From Rhodothermaceae bacterium (GTDB lineage: Bacteria; Bacteroidota; Rhodothermia; Rhodothermales; Bin80), in contig VXSC01000002.1 in NCBI GenBank assembly GCA_009838195.1, positions 4,456 through 68,455 of the forward strand: a stretch of 64,000 nt of DNA. Direction: 5' to 3'. This document shows, in pieces, positions 38,018 to 46,841 of this stretch (position 1 is its first letter; the number at the start of each line of letters is the position of its first letter). The position numbers were made by a program, and so were the translations under genes. A model generated the notes under the pieces. It did not search any database, was not told the DNA's origin, and saw only the letters and a program-made list of their open reading frames with translations.

Positions 38018-38190
38018 GGCGTAGAAATCGAAGGTCCCTCGCTGGAGGTTGATCCACTGGAGTAGGTTGTTTTCGAAATGACAGAGCATATTGCAACCGT
38101 GGTGCTGTATCCCGGTTATCTTGCAGAGCTGGCCAAACGTATGTAACTGGCTGGAAGAAAATTCTCGGTAACCAACAAGAACGATCAATC
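38018..38190 (+). pseudogene. Degenerate duplicate of the nitrilase-family gene 3' end
   Basis: By hand alignment it matches 37380-37586. The first 91 nt carry about 20 mismatches. The copy then lacks 32 nt relative to the intact gene, after which a second block runs through the stop region. It translates as GVEIEGPSLEVDPLE*VVFEMTEHIATVVL, with an in-frame stop. Confidence 0.7.
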
Positions 38191-38192
38191 AC

Positions 38193-39617
38193 ATGAAAAT
38201 CAGATTCTTACTGTTCGCTTTCACTTTGATGTTTTTCCCAGGCATCCTAGTAGCACAGAAAGCGAAAATCACCCAGGAACTGGATGCCAGAGCCGATGAA
38301 TACTTCGATGTGGCTCATCAAATATGGGGGTGGGCAGAATTGGGATATCAGGAGGAGAAAAGTAGTGCCTTGTTGCAGCAGGTACTCGCGAATGAGGGGT
38401 TTTCTGTTGAATCAGGTATTGTGGGGATTCCCACAGCTTTTGTGGCAGAGTATGGCAGTGGTACTCCGGTCATTGCTATTCTGGCCGAGTTTGATGCCTT
38501 GCCGGGATTATCACAAAAGGCAACGCCGGTTCGAGAGCCATTGGTAAGTGATGGATCAGGACACGCGTGTGGGCATCATTTATTCGGTGCTGCATCTGTC
38601 GGTGCTGCGGTAGCAGTCAAGGATTGGTTGGCAGCCAGCGGGCAGAGCGGTACGATTCGGCTTTATGGTACCCCCGCCGAAGAAGGTGGGGCAGGGAAAG
38701 TATATCTGGTTAGAGAAGGACTTTTCAACGATGTAGATGCAGTGCTTCACTGGCATCCAAGTGATCGGAATGATGCCAGTCCAGCAACGACACTGGCGAA
38801 TCGTTCAGCAAAATTTAGATTCTATGGACGCTCTACACACGCGGCGGGAGCCCCTGAGCGGGGTAGAAGTGCACTTGATGGTGTGGAGGCCATGAATATG
38901 ATGACCAACCTGCTCCGGGAACATGTACCTCAAGAAACACGCATCCACTATGTCATTACACGCGGAGGACTTGCCCCTAATGTTGTCCCAGACTATGCAG
39001 AGGTCTATTACTACGTCCGCCATCCCTTCGCTCAAACTCTCGAAGAGATCTTTCCACGAGTGGTTCAAGCAGCAGAGGGCGCGGCCCTGGGAACAGGTAC
39101 AACCATGGATTATGAGATTATCCATGGTTTGCACAGTGTGTTACCTAACGACGTATTATCTCATGCAATTCTAGCCAATATGAAGTCTGTTGGAGGGGTG
39201 ACGTATGATGCAGAGGAGCAGCAGTTTGCCGAAGAAATCCGGAAAACTTTAGATGCCACCTCAATTCCTTTAGGCTCAGAGGCTACAATCCAACCGTTTG
39301 CACCGAGGACGACCAAGGGGTCTACAGATGTTGGAGACGTAAGCTATATGGCACCAACGGCAGGTTTCAATACAGCCACTTGGGTTCCTGGAACTGCCGC
39401 TCATAGCTGGCAAGCTGTTGCTGCAGGGGGGATGAGTATTGGGAAGAAGGGGCTTGTACTGGCCTCAAAGGTTTTAGCGATGACTGCGATAGATCTCGTA
39501 TTGGATGAGGAATTGTTGCTTGCGGCAAGGGAAGAGTTTTATCAAAGAAGAGGTTCAGACTTTGAATATCGACCTCTACTTGGGGATAGGGCCCCACCGT
39601 TGGATTATCGAAAATAG
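38193..39617 (+). CDS. M20-family amidohydrolase (AbgB/aminoacylase-like), exported
   Basis: 474 aa with a signal peptide (FTLMFFPGILVAQ). Carries GHACGHH, GTPAEEGGAGK and HWHP. Confidence 0.75.
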   Translation: MKIRFLLFAFTLMFFPGILVAQKAKITQELDARADEYFDVAHQIWGWAELGYQEEKSSALLQQVLANEGFSVESGIVGIPTAFVAEYGSGTPVIAILAEFDALPGLSQKATPVREPLVSDGSGHACGHHLFGAASVGAAVAVKDWLAASGQSGTIRLYGTPAEEGGAGKVYLVREGLFNDVDAVLHWHPSDRNDASPATTLANRSAKFRFYGRSTHAAGAPERGRSALDGVEAMNMMTNLLREHVPQETRIHYVITRGGLAPNVVPDYAEVYYYVRHPFAQTLEEIFPRVVQAAEGAALGTGTTMDYEIIHGLHSVLPNDVLSHAILANMKSVGGVTYDAEEQQFAEEIRKTLDATSIPLGSEATIQPFAPRTTKGSTDVGDVSYMAPTAGFNTATWVPGTAAHSWQAVAAGGMSIGKKGLVLASKVLAMTAIDLVLDEELLLAAREEFYQRRGSDFEYRPLLGDRAPPLDYRK

Positions 39618-39630
39618 CTTTCAACGAGGG

Positions 39631-39651
39631 CGTGATCCCAGCACGATCACG
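39631..39651 (+). terminator. Weak hairpin after the M20 gene
   Basis: CGTGATC, a 7-nt loop, then GATCACG, lying 14 nt after the stop. No U-tract follows. Confidence 0.25.
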
Positions 39652-40073
39652 ATGGGGCCTCAGCACTAGGTGATGAGCGCTTCTGTAACTTACCACCTCC
39701 ACCGCCTAGAATCCACCTGCACGCCGGCAGGATCGGCACAAACGGCAACTCGATACATCCGGGGTATCTTCACGGAATTGGAGAGACGTGGCGGGACCAT
39801 TGAAATCATCTCATCGTCCACGGCCCAAATAATCCTAAAAGTTTTAGGAAACTTGGGGAAGGCAAGAGCTGCAAGGTTAAACATCAATTTGGGGCCATAG
39901 CAAATGGCCAGCTCTGACGTGGAAACCTACCGACAGAGGAGCGAATTCGGAGATGGTTTTGCTCGGGAACCTTGGACGGTACAAGGGCCCAATGTCATTT
40001 CTTGCATCCCAATAGATTTTGAGTAGTGAGGAGTAGACATGCAACATACATAACCATAACAAAACAAAATCTG

Positions 40074-42497
40074 ATGCAAAAGCTACGGGTGTTCTTTATC
40101 GGAATCGTGTCAATTATGATAGGATTCCAGTCAGTAACCGCCCAGGATTTGGGCCGCATTGAGGGTACCGTTTACGTGACCGATGGCACGACAGTCGTCA
40201 CCGATGCCACGATCACATTAGTTGGGTTGAATTACTCTCAGCGGGTCAATGAATCTGGGCAGTTCGCATTTGAAGAAGTCCCAGCGGGATCGGTTCTTTT
40301 GCGTGTTGAAAGCCCGATCTGGGGTCGAAATTCAAAAACCGTTACAGTTGTTGCTGGAGAAACTTCCGAAGTGGACATTGAGGTTCTATTGCATGTGCGT
40401 CTTGAGGAGATGGTTGTTTCTGCAGGGCCCATAGCTCTTCCTCGCTCACAGTTGGTAAATCCGGTAAATGTCTTAACAAGAGACGATCTCCTTGAAGCAG
40501 GTGGAATCAGTTTGGGAGAATCTTTGAAAAGTCAGGCGGGGATGGCATCAACGTATTTCGGCCCCGGAGCTAGTCGCCCGATAATTGGTGGAGTTGCGGC
40601 GAGCAGGGTAAAAATTCTTCGGCATGGTTTAGATGTCGGTGATGTAAGTGATCAAAGCGAAGATCATGCCGTAGGTGTAGATGCGTTTGATGCCGAGCGA
40701 ATTGAAATTATTCGTGGTCCGGCAGCACTCCTGTACGGAAGTAATATCACCGGCGGGGTAGTGAATGTTCTTGATGGACATATTCCCAATGAGATGCCGG
40801 TGAACCGGATTGAGGGGATGGTTATGGGAAGAGGTGGACTGGGGGCTAGTGAGCGGGGAGGCGGTGGTAGCCTGACAGGTGCATTGGGGAATTTTGTATG
40901 GCGCGCACGTGGCCTAGTACGCGAGACGGGAGATGTCTCCACACCGCTGTTTAATCCAGAAGGCGTTCATGAAGGACACGATGAACACGAAGAACATGAC
41001 GAACACGATGAGCATGGTGAACACGAAGAACATGATGAACACGATGAGCACGAAGAGGGTGAACCCCAATTGGTAGACCATATTGAAAATTCGGGAACAT
41101 CTCTATCAAGGGGCTCTTTAGGGGTGTCCTGGCTTGGTAACCGCGGGTATATCGGGGCAGCCGTCAGTTTTCATAACACAGATTACGGTGTCCCGGGTGG
41201 TCACATGCACGGACATGGAGAACATGAAGACGACGGGCATGAAGACCATGACGACCATGAGGATCACGAAGAAGATGAACATGGTCATGGGGGCGAGGAA
41301 GAAGTATCAATAGCCTTGGATCTAAACTCCGTCACTTATGATATTGAAGGCGGGTATTTTTTTGAAGATGCAGCCATCAAGCAAATTCGTTTCAGGTTTG
41401 GCGTGACCGACTACACGCACTCGGAACTAGAACAAGCTGAGTCAGGTCCAGATATGGTCGGTATTGTCTACGAGAATAATCAATGGGAAGGACGCCTTGA
41501 GGTAGACCATTCCCTCCATCGCAAAACGCAAGGGGTGGCCGGAATACAGGTAAAGAGACGTGATCTAGCCCTGAACGCCGTCGGAGATCATTCCATCCTC
41601 CCCACGACGTTGACCACTGATGTGGGCATTTTTGCAATGGAGCGCATCGATTTAGGGGCACTAAGACTCGAGATGAGTGGACGCATGCAATGGCTGTCTC
41701 ATGACGCGGTGGATAGGACAGATAGATCCTTCTCATCTCTGAGTTTGGGAGCAGGATTGAATTATGAAGTGAGTGAACAATGGACTCTCTCGCTCAGTCT
41801 GGCACGGGCAGCTAAAAATCCTAGTACCGCTGAACTTTATTTCAATGGGGTGCACGCAGCAATTCGTTCCGTCGAAAGAGGCAATGAAAATCTTGAAGTT
41901 GAGGTTACAAACAATGCTACGGTTTCGAGTTATGTCCGTACAGGTCAGTTTAATCTGACTATGACTGGATACATAAACCAATCAGATAACTTCATCTATT
42001 TTGCGCCGACAGGATTGATTGAGAGTGATCTCCCCGTCCTTCAGACCTCTCAGTCTGAAGCCAGGATCACCGGAATGGAAATAGCAGCAGATGTAGATTT
42101 ATTTCGCAGGGAAGACTCGAATCTTATTTTGGGGTTGACTGGAGATTATGTCAATGGTCGGCTGACGCTTGAAGGAGGTAATCTGCCTCGCATACCACCG
42201 TTACGGTTGGGAGCCTCGTTGCAATATTCTCTAAATAATTTTTCTACCGGTCTATCTGTGGAACGCATTGCGAAGCAAGACCGGGTGTTTGCGATTACCG
42301 AAGATGAAACGGACGGCTATACAATGGTAGATGCAAAAATGGGATACCGTTTGGTAATCGGTTCCACGGTTCAAAGCATTTCTCTGCAGGGACTGAACCT
42401 AACAAATAAATTAGCCAGGGCACATACATCACTCCTGAAAGAAATCGTACCCTTGCCGGGTCGCGACATCCGTCTGACCTATATGCTTCATTTTTAA
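40074..42497 (+). CDS. TonB-dependent receptor with His/Asp/Glu-rich insertions (metal-uptake candidate)
   Basis: Start trimmed to MQKLRVFFIGIVSIMIGFQSVTAQ. It has a CarboxypepD_reg-like N-domain (IEGTVYVTDG ..), a plug (RIEIIRGPAALLYG) and a C-terminal barrel ending RLTYMLHF. Two His-rich tracts are present. Confidence 0.85.
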   Translation: MQKLRVFFIGIVSIMIGFQSVTAQDLGRIEGTVYVTDGTTVVTDATITLVGLNYSQRVNESGQFAFEEVPAGSVLLRVESPIWGRNSKTVTVVAGETSEVDIEVLLHVRLEEMVVSAGPIALPRSQLVNPVNVLTRDDLLEAGGISLGESLKSQAGMASTYFGPGASRPIIGGVAASRVKILRHGLDVGDVSDQSEDHAVGVDAFDAERIEIIRGPAALLYGSNITGGVVNVLDGHIPNEMPVNRIEGMVMGRGGLGASERGGGGSLTGALGNFVWRARGLVRETGDVSTPLFNPEGVHEGHDEHEEHDEHDEHGEHEEHDEHDEHEEGEPQLVDHIENSGTSLSRGSLGVSWLGNRGYIGAAVSFHNTDYGVPGGHMHGHGEHEDDGHEDHDDHEDHEEDEHGHGGEEEVSIALDLNSVTYDIEGGYFFEDAAIKQIRFRFGVTDYTHSELEQAESGPDMVGIVYENNQWEGRLEVDHSLHRKTQGVAGIQVKRRDLALNAVGDHSILPTTLTTDVGIFAMERIDLGALRLEMSGRMQWLSHDAVDRTDRSFSSLSLGAGLNYEVSEQWTLSLSLARAAKNPSTAELYFNGVHAAIRSVERGNENLEVEVTNNATVSSYVRTGQFNLTMTGYINQSDNFIYFAPTGLIESDLPVLQTSQSEARITGMEIAADVDLFRREDSNLILGLTGDYVNGRLTLEGGNLPRIPPLRLGASLQYSLNNFSTGLSVERIAKQDRVFAITEDETDGYTMVDAKMGYRLVIGSTVQSISLQGLNLTNKLARAHTSLLKEIVPLPGRDIRLTYMLHF
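40965..41060 (+). repeat. His/Glu/Asp codon repeat tract 1 inside the TBDR
   Basis: Encodes HEGHDEHEEHDEHDEHGEHEEHDEHDEHEE. The DNA is a near-tandem run of gaacacgat / gaacatgat units. Confidence 0.8.
41201..41303 (+). repeat. His/Glu/Asp codon repeat tract 2 inside the TBDR
   Basis: Encodes HMHGHGEHEDDGHEDHDDHEDHEEDEHGHGGEEE. Confidence 0.8.
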
Positions 42498-42566
42498 TCC
42501 GAGGTAATCCAATTCGCAATCATAGGATCTTGCTTGCAAGGTTGTTTGATTGATGTATGGAATAGT

Positions 42567-42600
42567 CAGGCCAGCTGGCGAGACTCGGCCAGCTGGCCTG
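42567..42600 (+). terminator. Strong GC hairpin downstream of the TBDR
   Basis: CAGGCCAGCTGG (42567-42578) pairs with CCAGCTGGCCTG (42589-42600). Each arm contains the self-palindrome GGCCAGCTGGCC. It lies 70 nt after the stop, with no U-tract. Confidence 0.45.
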
Positions 42601-42902
42601 AACGCTTCACCAACGCGTTGAGATACTATAGTTCAGGAATTTCTCAACGATGGATCCAGAAAGAGAGGAAATAGCCCAAGTTCTCAGAGGTCGCAAAAAC
42701 GCCAAGAGATTTGCGATTTGCTCCTATCCCCATTCGTGTGGAGGAAATTGAAGTAGGCGAACTGAAATCAGCATTTTCATGTAAGATGTCACTACAGATA
42801 TGGTGACATGGTGTACCCGAAGACTCAGTTATAGCTGGAGGGTTGAGCAGGGGTCATGGATACGGGGGCTCACCAAGTGAGATGGGTCTCCTTAGCATTT
42901 TT

Positions 42903-45900
42903 ATGAGGATGCATTGTTTTTCGCTTTCTTCAAGGAAGAAAATCTATGCTGAAGACAGCCAAGTAGGCAATTGGCCCGTGTGGACATTCACGATTCTGTG
43001 CTTGTTAAAGTTTTTACCGGTTGCTATAGCTCAGGAAGAGCCCCAGTATGAGACTGGCGTAGTGGTCGTGCAGTTCGATTCCACCGCACAGATTGTATCA
43101 AAGGCCAGTCGGACAGGATTAGCTGGTTTTGATCGTTTAGCTTCTATGTATGAGGTTTACACGATTGAGCGCGCGTACCCGTTTTTGGATAATGTTCTGC
43201 CAACGCCGGAGACACGCAGGAATTTACTTGCACTTCGCCGCACGTATTACGTGCGTTATCATGCAGGAGAGGATCCAGTTATCGTCGCGCGAGAGTTCTC
43301 GGCAGTCTCAGGGGTAGTGTATGCGGAGCCGGTTGTAGTGAACCGGATCTATGCGCTGGACTCCATGGAGTTCTCTGATCCCAATGATCCAGAATTTGGA
43401 CGACAGTCGGAGCTTCTCCTACTTCGTCTGCCGGAGGCCTGGGATGAAGTGAAGAGTGAATCGGGGACGCCTAAGGTCATCATTGCCATTGTAGACGGTG
43501 GAGGAGAATGGCGACACCAGGATTTACGCGCGAATGTATGGACGAATAACGACGAGATTCCGGGTAACGGGATTGATGATGATGAAAACGGATTCATTGA
43601 CGATGTCCATGGGGTTAACTTTTCGAATGGAGACCAATCAAATAATGACCCAACAAGACAACCGGGCTTATTTGGTAATTCGTGGCACGGGACCGCGGCT
43701 GCAGGGGCAGCTAGTGCCGTTAGTGACAATACTATCGGGGTCGCTGGTGCGTCATGGAATGCTTCGTTAATGCATGTCAACGCATCTGATTCATTGGGAT
43801 TGGGGATTCGCCATGGGTATGACGGGATTCTCTATGCGGCTATGAACGGAGCAGATATTATCAATACTAGCTGGATTGGGCGTGTGGATGCAGACATGGA
43901 TGCTCAATTCATAGATCAGACCTTGCAATTGGCTACGGATCTGGGGTCGCTTATCGTTAGTTCAGCCGGAAACTCAGACCTAGATGTTGATCTGTTCAGG
44001 TTATACCCTGCCCGTCATCCCAGGGTACTTTCGGTGGGTGCAACAGGAAAAGAAACCACGAGGCGTGCATCATTTTCGAATTACGGTAAGTTGGTGGATG
44101 TGTTTGCTCCCGGAGTATCAATTGTCACGACAGGCGTCAACGACAGCTACATTACAACCAGCGGAACATCGTTGGCATCTCCTTTAGTTGCCGGAGTAGC
44201 TGCATTGGTCAAAACGAAGTTTCCAGATATGACACCAGATGCAGTACGTGAGAAGATTCGGGTTTCTGCTGAGAATATTGATTTAGTGAATCCCGAATTC
44301 GCGGGGCAGCTTGGCCGTGGTTTTGTGAATGCATTCGCGGCGATTCAGGAGACCAGCAAGTCGGGCGTACGCCTGAAACGATGGTCATGGCGAGATAATG
44401 ACGGGGATCATGTCATTGTCTCGGGAGATGAGGTTACGATTACCGCGGTATTTACCAATCATCTGGCGGATGCAAGGCAGTTCACCGTGGAATTGGAAAG
44501 TACTGAGCCATACCCATTTCTTCAATTACATCAAGCAGAGGCTGATATTGGCTTTTTAGGGGGTGGCGATTCAACGGAGGTGACATTTCAGTTTCGTGTG
44601 GACGCAGATGCATATCTGAATCGGCGAGTTCGTTTCTATGTGCGCGTTCGGGCAGAGGATACGGACGATATATCGGATATGCTCTCATTTCGGGTGAACC
44701 GTTCTCTTGATGCCATTCATCAGAGCCTAAGTGCATTATACACTGCGACGGGTGGGGATCAGTGGCACAATAGTGAAAACTGGGATCTTACGAATACTCC
44801 GAGTGAGCAAGAACTGGCTCAGTGGCATGGGATATTGATGCTTGAAGGTTGGATGTACAGCCTGCGCTTGTCTCTGAACAATCTTACGGGGATACTGCCA
44901 CCCGAGTTGGTGGGTCTCTCTGAGTTACAAGTACTTGATTTAGCTGACAATTTTCTCTCTGGGCCAATTCCAGATGGATTGAACCGTTTTTCCGAGCTGC
45001 GCAGCCTGATTTTGGCATACAATTCTATCTCTGGCACGATTCCATCTGAATTCGGTGAGCTCACGAAGTTGGAATGGCTGAACCTGTACGAGAATTCTTT
45101 TTCGGGTCCGATACCTTCCTCACTAGGAAATTTGGTGAACCTGGAAAGTCTGGATCTAGATAAAAACGAGTTCACGGGTTCGATTCCGTCCGAGTTGGGA
45201 AATCTCTATAAGTTGGAGTGGATTGGTCTGGGGGAAAATACACTAACTGGCTCCATTCCTCCAGAACTCGGGAGTCTCTCTAGGTTGATATGGCTAGACT
45301 TAGGAGAGAATTTATTAACGGGTTCCATTCCTCCGGAACTGGGCAATCTTTCTGATCTCCAGGTCTTGGATCTAAGCCACAACTCACTCTCAGGGATGAT
45401 TCCATCCGAACTTGGAAATCTTTCCCAACTGGACTCACTGAAGCTGTCACACAACACACTGGTAGGCAGACTCCCAAGGAGTTTTTTGCAACTGGACAGC
45501 CTAAAAGCTGTTTGGTTTGACGGGCAAAATCTGTGTGCGCCGCAGGATGATGAATTCCAGGCATGGCTGAAGAGTATTTCGGACGTCAAGGGGGCCGTGT
45601 GCTCGGTGTTGGAGTTTGCGGAAAGTATCGATGATCAGCGCTATGCCCGGTCAAAACCCATCGCACCTCTGGTCTTGCCAGAAGCCACCAATGGGGTCGC
45701 TCCAATCAAGTATACATTGACCCCATCTTTACCTGCAGGATTGGAATTTGACATGTCAACCCGCACGCTCAGTGGAACCCCAACAATAATTACCTCCTCT
45801 CCCATAGAGTATACTTACAAAGCTACGGATGCAGGGGGATCCACGGACAGCCTGCTGTTTCAGATTAGTGTCTACTCTCCGGTCTCTGTTGAAGGAGAGT

Positions 45901-46187
45901 CTTTACCGGAAGTCTTCAAGGCTCTGGGTAACTTCCCAAATCCCTTTCGATCGGCAACTCAGTTGGCCTTTGATCTCCCCCAGGATGCGCGTGTACAGGT
46001 AGAGGTAATAGATGTGATTGGAAGGCGTTTGTTCACGGTTCCTGAGAATCGTATCGCTGCCGGATGGTCAAAGACCATAGAGCTAAATGGTGGATCGCTG
46101 CCTGCAGGACTTTACTTGTACCGTTTGGTTGCAGACTTACCCTTGGGAAGAACCGTGCAAGTCGGTCGCTTTGTACGAATTCGATAA
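42903..46187 (+). CDS. T9SS-secreted subtilisin (S8) protease with plant-type LRR and Ig-like domains
   Basis: Start uncertain (ATG 42903 or the GTG before WTFTILCLLKFLPVAIAQ). The catalytic triad sits in IAIVDGGGE, WHGTAAAG and SGTSLASP. About 9-10 24-residue LRRs follow, then a He_PIG/cadherin-like segment (IKYTLTPSLPAGLEFDMSTRTLSGTP). The C-terminus is a T9SS sorting domain (FPNPFRSATQLAFDLP ... GLYLYRL). Confidence 0.85.
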   Translation: MRMHCFSLSSRKKIYAEDSQVGNWPVWTFTILCLLKFLPVAIAQEEPQYETGVVVVQFDSTAQIVSKASRTGLAGFDRLASMYEVYTIERAYPFLDNVLPTPETRRNLLALRRTYYVRYHAGEDPVIVAREFSAVSGVVYAEPVVVNRIYALDSMEFSDPNDPEFGRQSELLLLRLPEAWDEVKSESGTPKVIIAIVDGGGEWRHQDLRANVWTNNDEIPGNGIDDDENGFIDDVHGVNFSNGDQSNNDPTRQPGLFGNSWHGTAAAGAASAVSDNTIGVAGASWNASLMHVNASDSLGLGIRHGYDGILYAAMNGADIINTSWIGRVDADMDAQFIDQTLQLATDLGSLIVSSAGNSDLDVDLFRLYPARHPRVLSVGATGKETTRRASFSNYGKLVDVFAPGVSIVTTGVNDSYITTSGTSLASPLVAGVAALVKTKFPDMTPDAVREKIRVSAENIDLVNPEFAGQLGRGFVNAFAAIQETSKSGVRLKRWSWRDNDGDHVIVSGDEVTITAVFTNHLADARQFTVELESTEPYPFLQLHQAEADIGFLGGGDSTEVTFQFRVDADAYLNRRVRFYVRVRAEDTDDISDMLSFRVNRSLDAIHQSLSALYTATGGDQWHNSENWDLTNTPSEQELAQWHGILMLEGWMYSLRLSLNNLTGILPPELVGLSELQVLDLADNFLSGPIPDGLNRFSELRSLILAYNSISGTIPSEFGELTKLEWLNLYENSFSGPIPSSLGNLVNLESLDLDKNEFTGSIPSELGNLYKLEWIGLGENTLTGSIPPELGSLSRLIWLDLGENLLTGSIPPELGNLSDLQVLDLSHNSLSGMIPSELGNLSQLDSLKLSHNTLVGRLPRSFLQLDSLKAVWFDGQNLCAPQDDEFQAWLKSISDVKGAVCSVLEFAESIDDQRYARSKPIAPLVLPEATNGVAPIKYTLTPSLPAGLEFDMSTRTLSGTPTIITSSPIEYTYKATDAGGSTDSLLFQISVYSPVSVEGESLPEVFKALGNFPNPFRSATQLAFDLPQDARVQVEVIDVIGRRLFTVPENRIAAGWSKTIELNGGSLPAGLYLYRLVADLPLGRTVQVGRFVRIR
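44853..45540 (+). repeat. Tandem 72-bp (24-aa) leucine-rich repeats, plant-specific-type consensus
   Basis: Example units are LQVLDLADNFLSGPIPDGLNRFSE, LESLDLDKNEFTGSIPSELGNLYK and LIWLDLGENLLTGSIPPELGNLSD. They fit the consensus LxxLxLxxNxLxGxIPxxLGxLxx. The array is preceded by LYTATGGDQWHNSENW. Confidence 0.8.
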
Positions 46188-46286
46188 AAGTGGTTTTCCT
46201 GGCATTATGGAGGAATGGATCTGTCTCTTGTGGAAACTGCGCACCAGATCACCGGGCGCATCAGTGCAATCGCTGCCAGACAGGGG

Positions 46287-46841
46287 CTAACCCACCTTGT
46301 GGAATAATTTATCGACTACGTGGGTTGGCTGACCGATAAATTTCTGGAAATAAACCCTCTCTACCTTCCGATTGCAATCGTGCGCTATGATGTGTTTGTA
46401 GTCTAAATTGGAAGCAGAGAAGATGCTCTGCATTCGTCCAGGATATCGGCCTTTATTTCCTCTTGGAGCGTCGATGAAAATCACGTCCCAAAAGGTGTCA
46501 AGAACGGTTTCAGGCAGGACTAACTGGAGTTTATCTGGCTGATCAATAATCCTTCTCCACTGCCTCCGCTTGGTCGTGTATTCTATTTCTTCTACCGAAA
46601 TGCCCGGGTTTTCTGATTTCACCTTTTGAACCCAGTGAGCACTGTCCTCTAGGAATAAAGTTTGACCTCCAGAATTAATATCCATCCAGTACGGAGAGTC
46701 ATTGCCAAGACCAAATACCAGAACATTGCCCGGAGAAAGCGAATCAATCAGCTCTCCGATATACTGGTATTCCCTGAGAGAGCAATTCCCAGGATTGGAA
46801 TTAACTAATTTTCGAAAATCAACATCTATACCTCTGCTCAT
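46287..46841 (-). CDS. DUF579 (Polysacc_synt_4) family protein, plant glucuronoxylan 4-O-methyltransferase-like
   Basis: 184 aa with no signal peptide. The blocks VLVFGLGNDSPYW, NSGGQTLFLEDSAHWV, WDVIFIDAPRG..GRYPGRM and IIAHDCNRKVE match the DUF579 pattern as I remember it from Arabidopsis GXM/IRX15-type proteins. Confidence 0.6.
   Translation of the reverse strand: MSRGIDVDFRKLVNSNPGNCSLREYQYIGELIDSLSPGNVLVFGLGNDSPYWMDINSGGQTLFLEDSAHWVQKVKSENPGISVEEIEYTTKRRQWRRIIDQPDKLQLVLPETVLDTFWDVIFIDAPRGNKGRYPGRMQSIFSASNLDYKHIIAHDCNRKVERVYFQKFIGQPTHVVDKLFHKVG

Noticed and set aside
39670-40062. Two adjacent minus-strand ORFs in different frames (61 and 65 aa) and an overlapping 76-aa plus-strand ORF, possibly a frameshifted gene relic
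   Set aside because: No recognisable motifs appear in any frame, and I cannot distinguish a decayed gene from chance ORFs. tBLASTn or BLASTX of 39620-40075 would settle it.
40026-40073. Possible Zur/Fur operator upstream of the His-rich TBDR (ATGCAACATACATAACCATAAC)
   Set aside because: It is AT-rich but not palindromic and does not match the Zur or Fur consensus as I remember them. It is also part of the GTG-extended ORF, which I trimmed.
42567-42600. Duplicated GGCCAGCTGGCC palindromes considered as a REP/MITE-like element
   Set aside because: There is only one occurrence in 64 kb and no terminal repeats or target duplication. A simple terminator hairpin explains it better.
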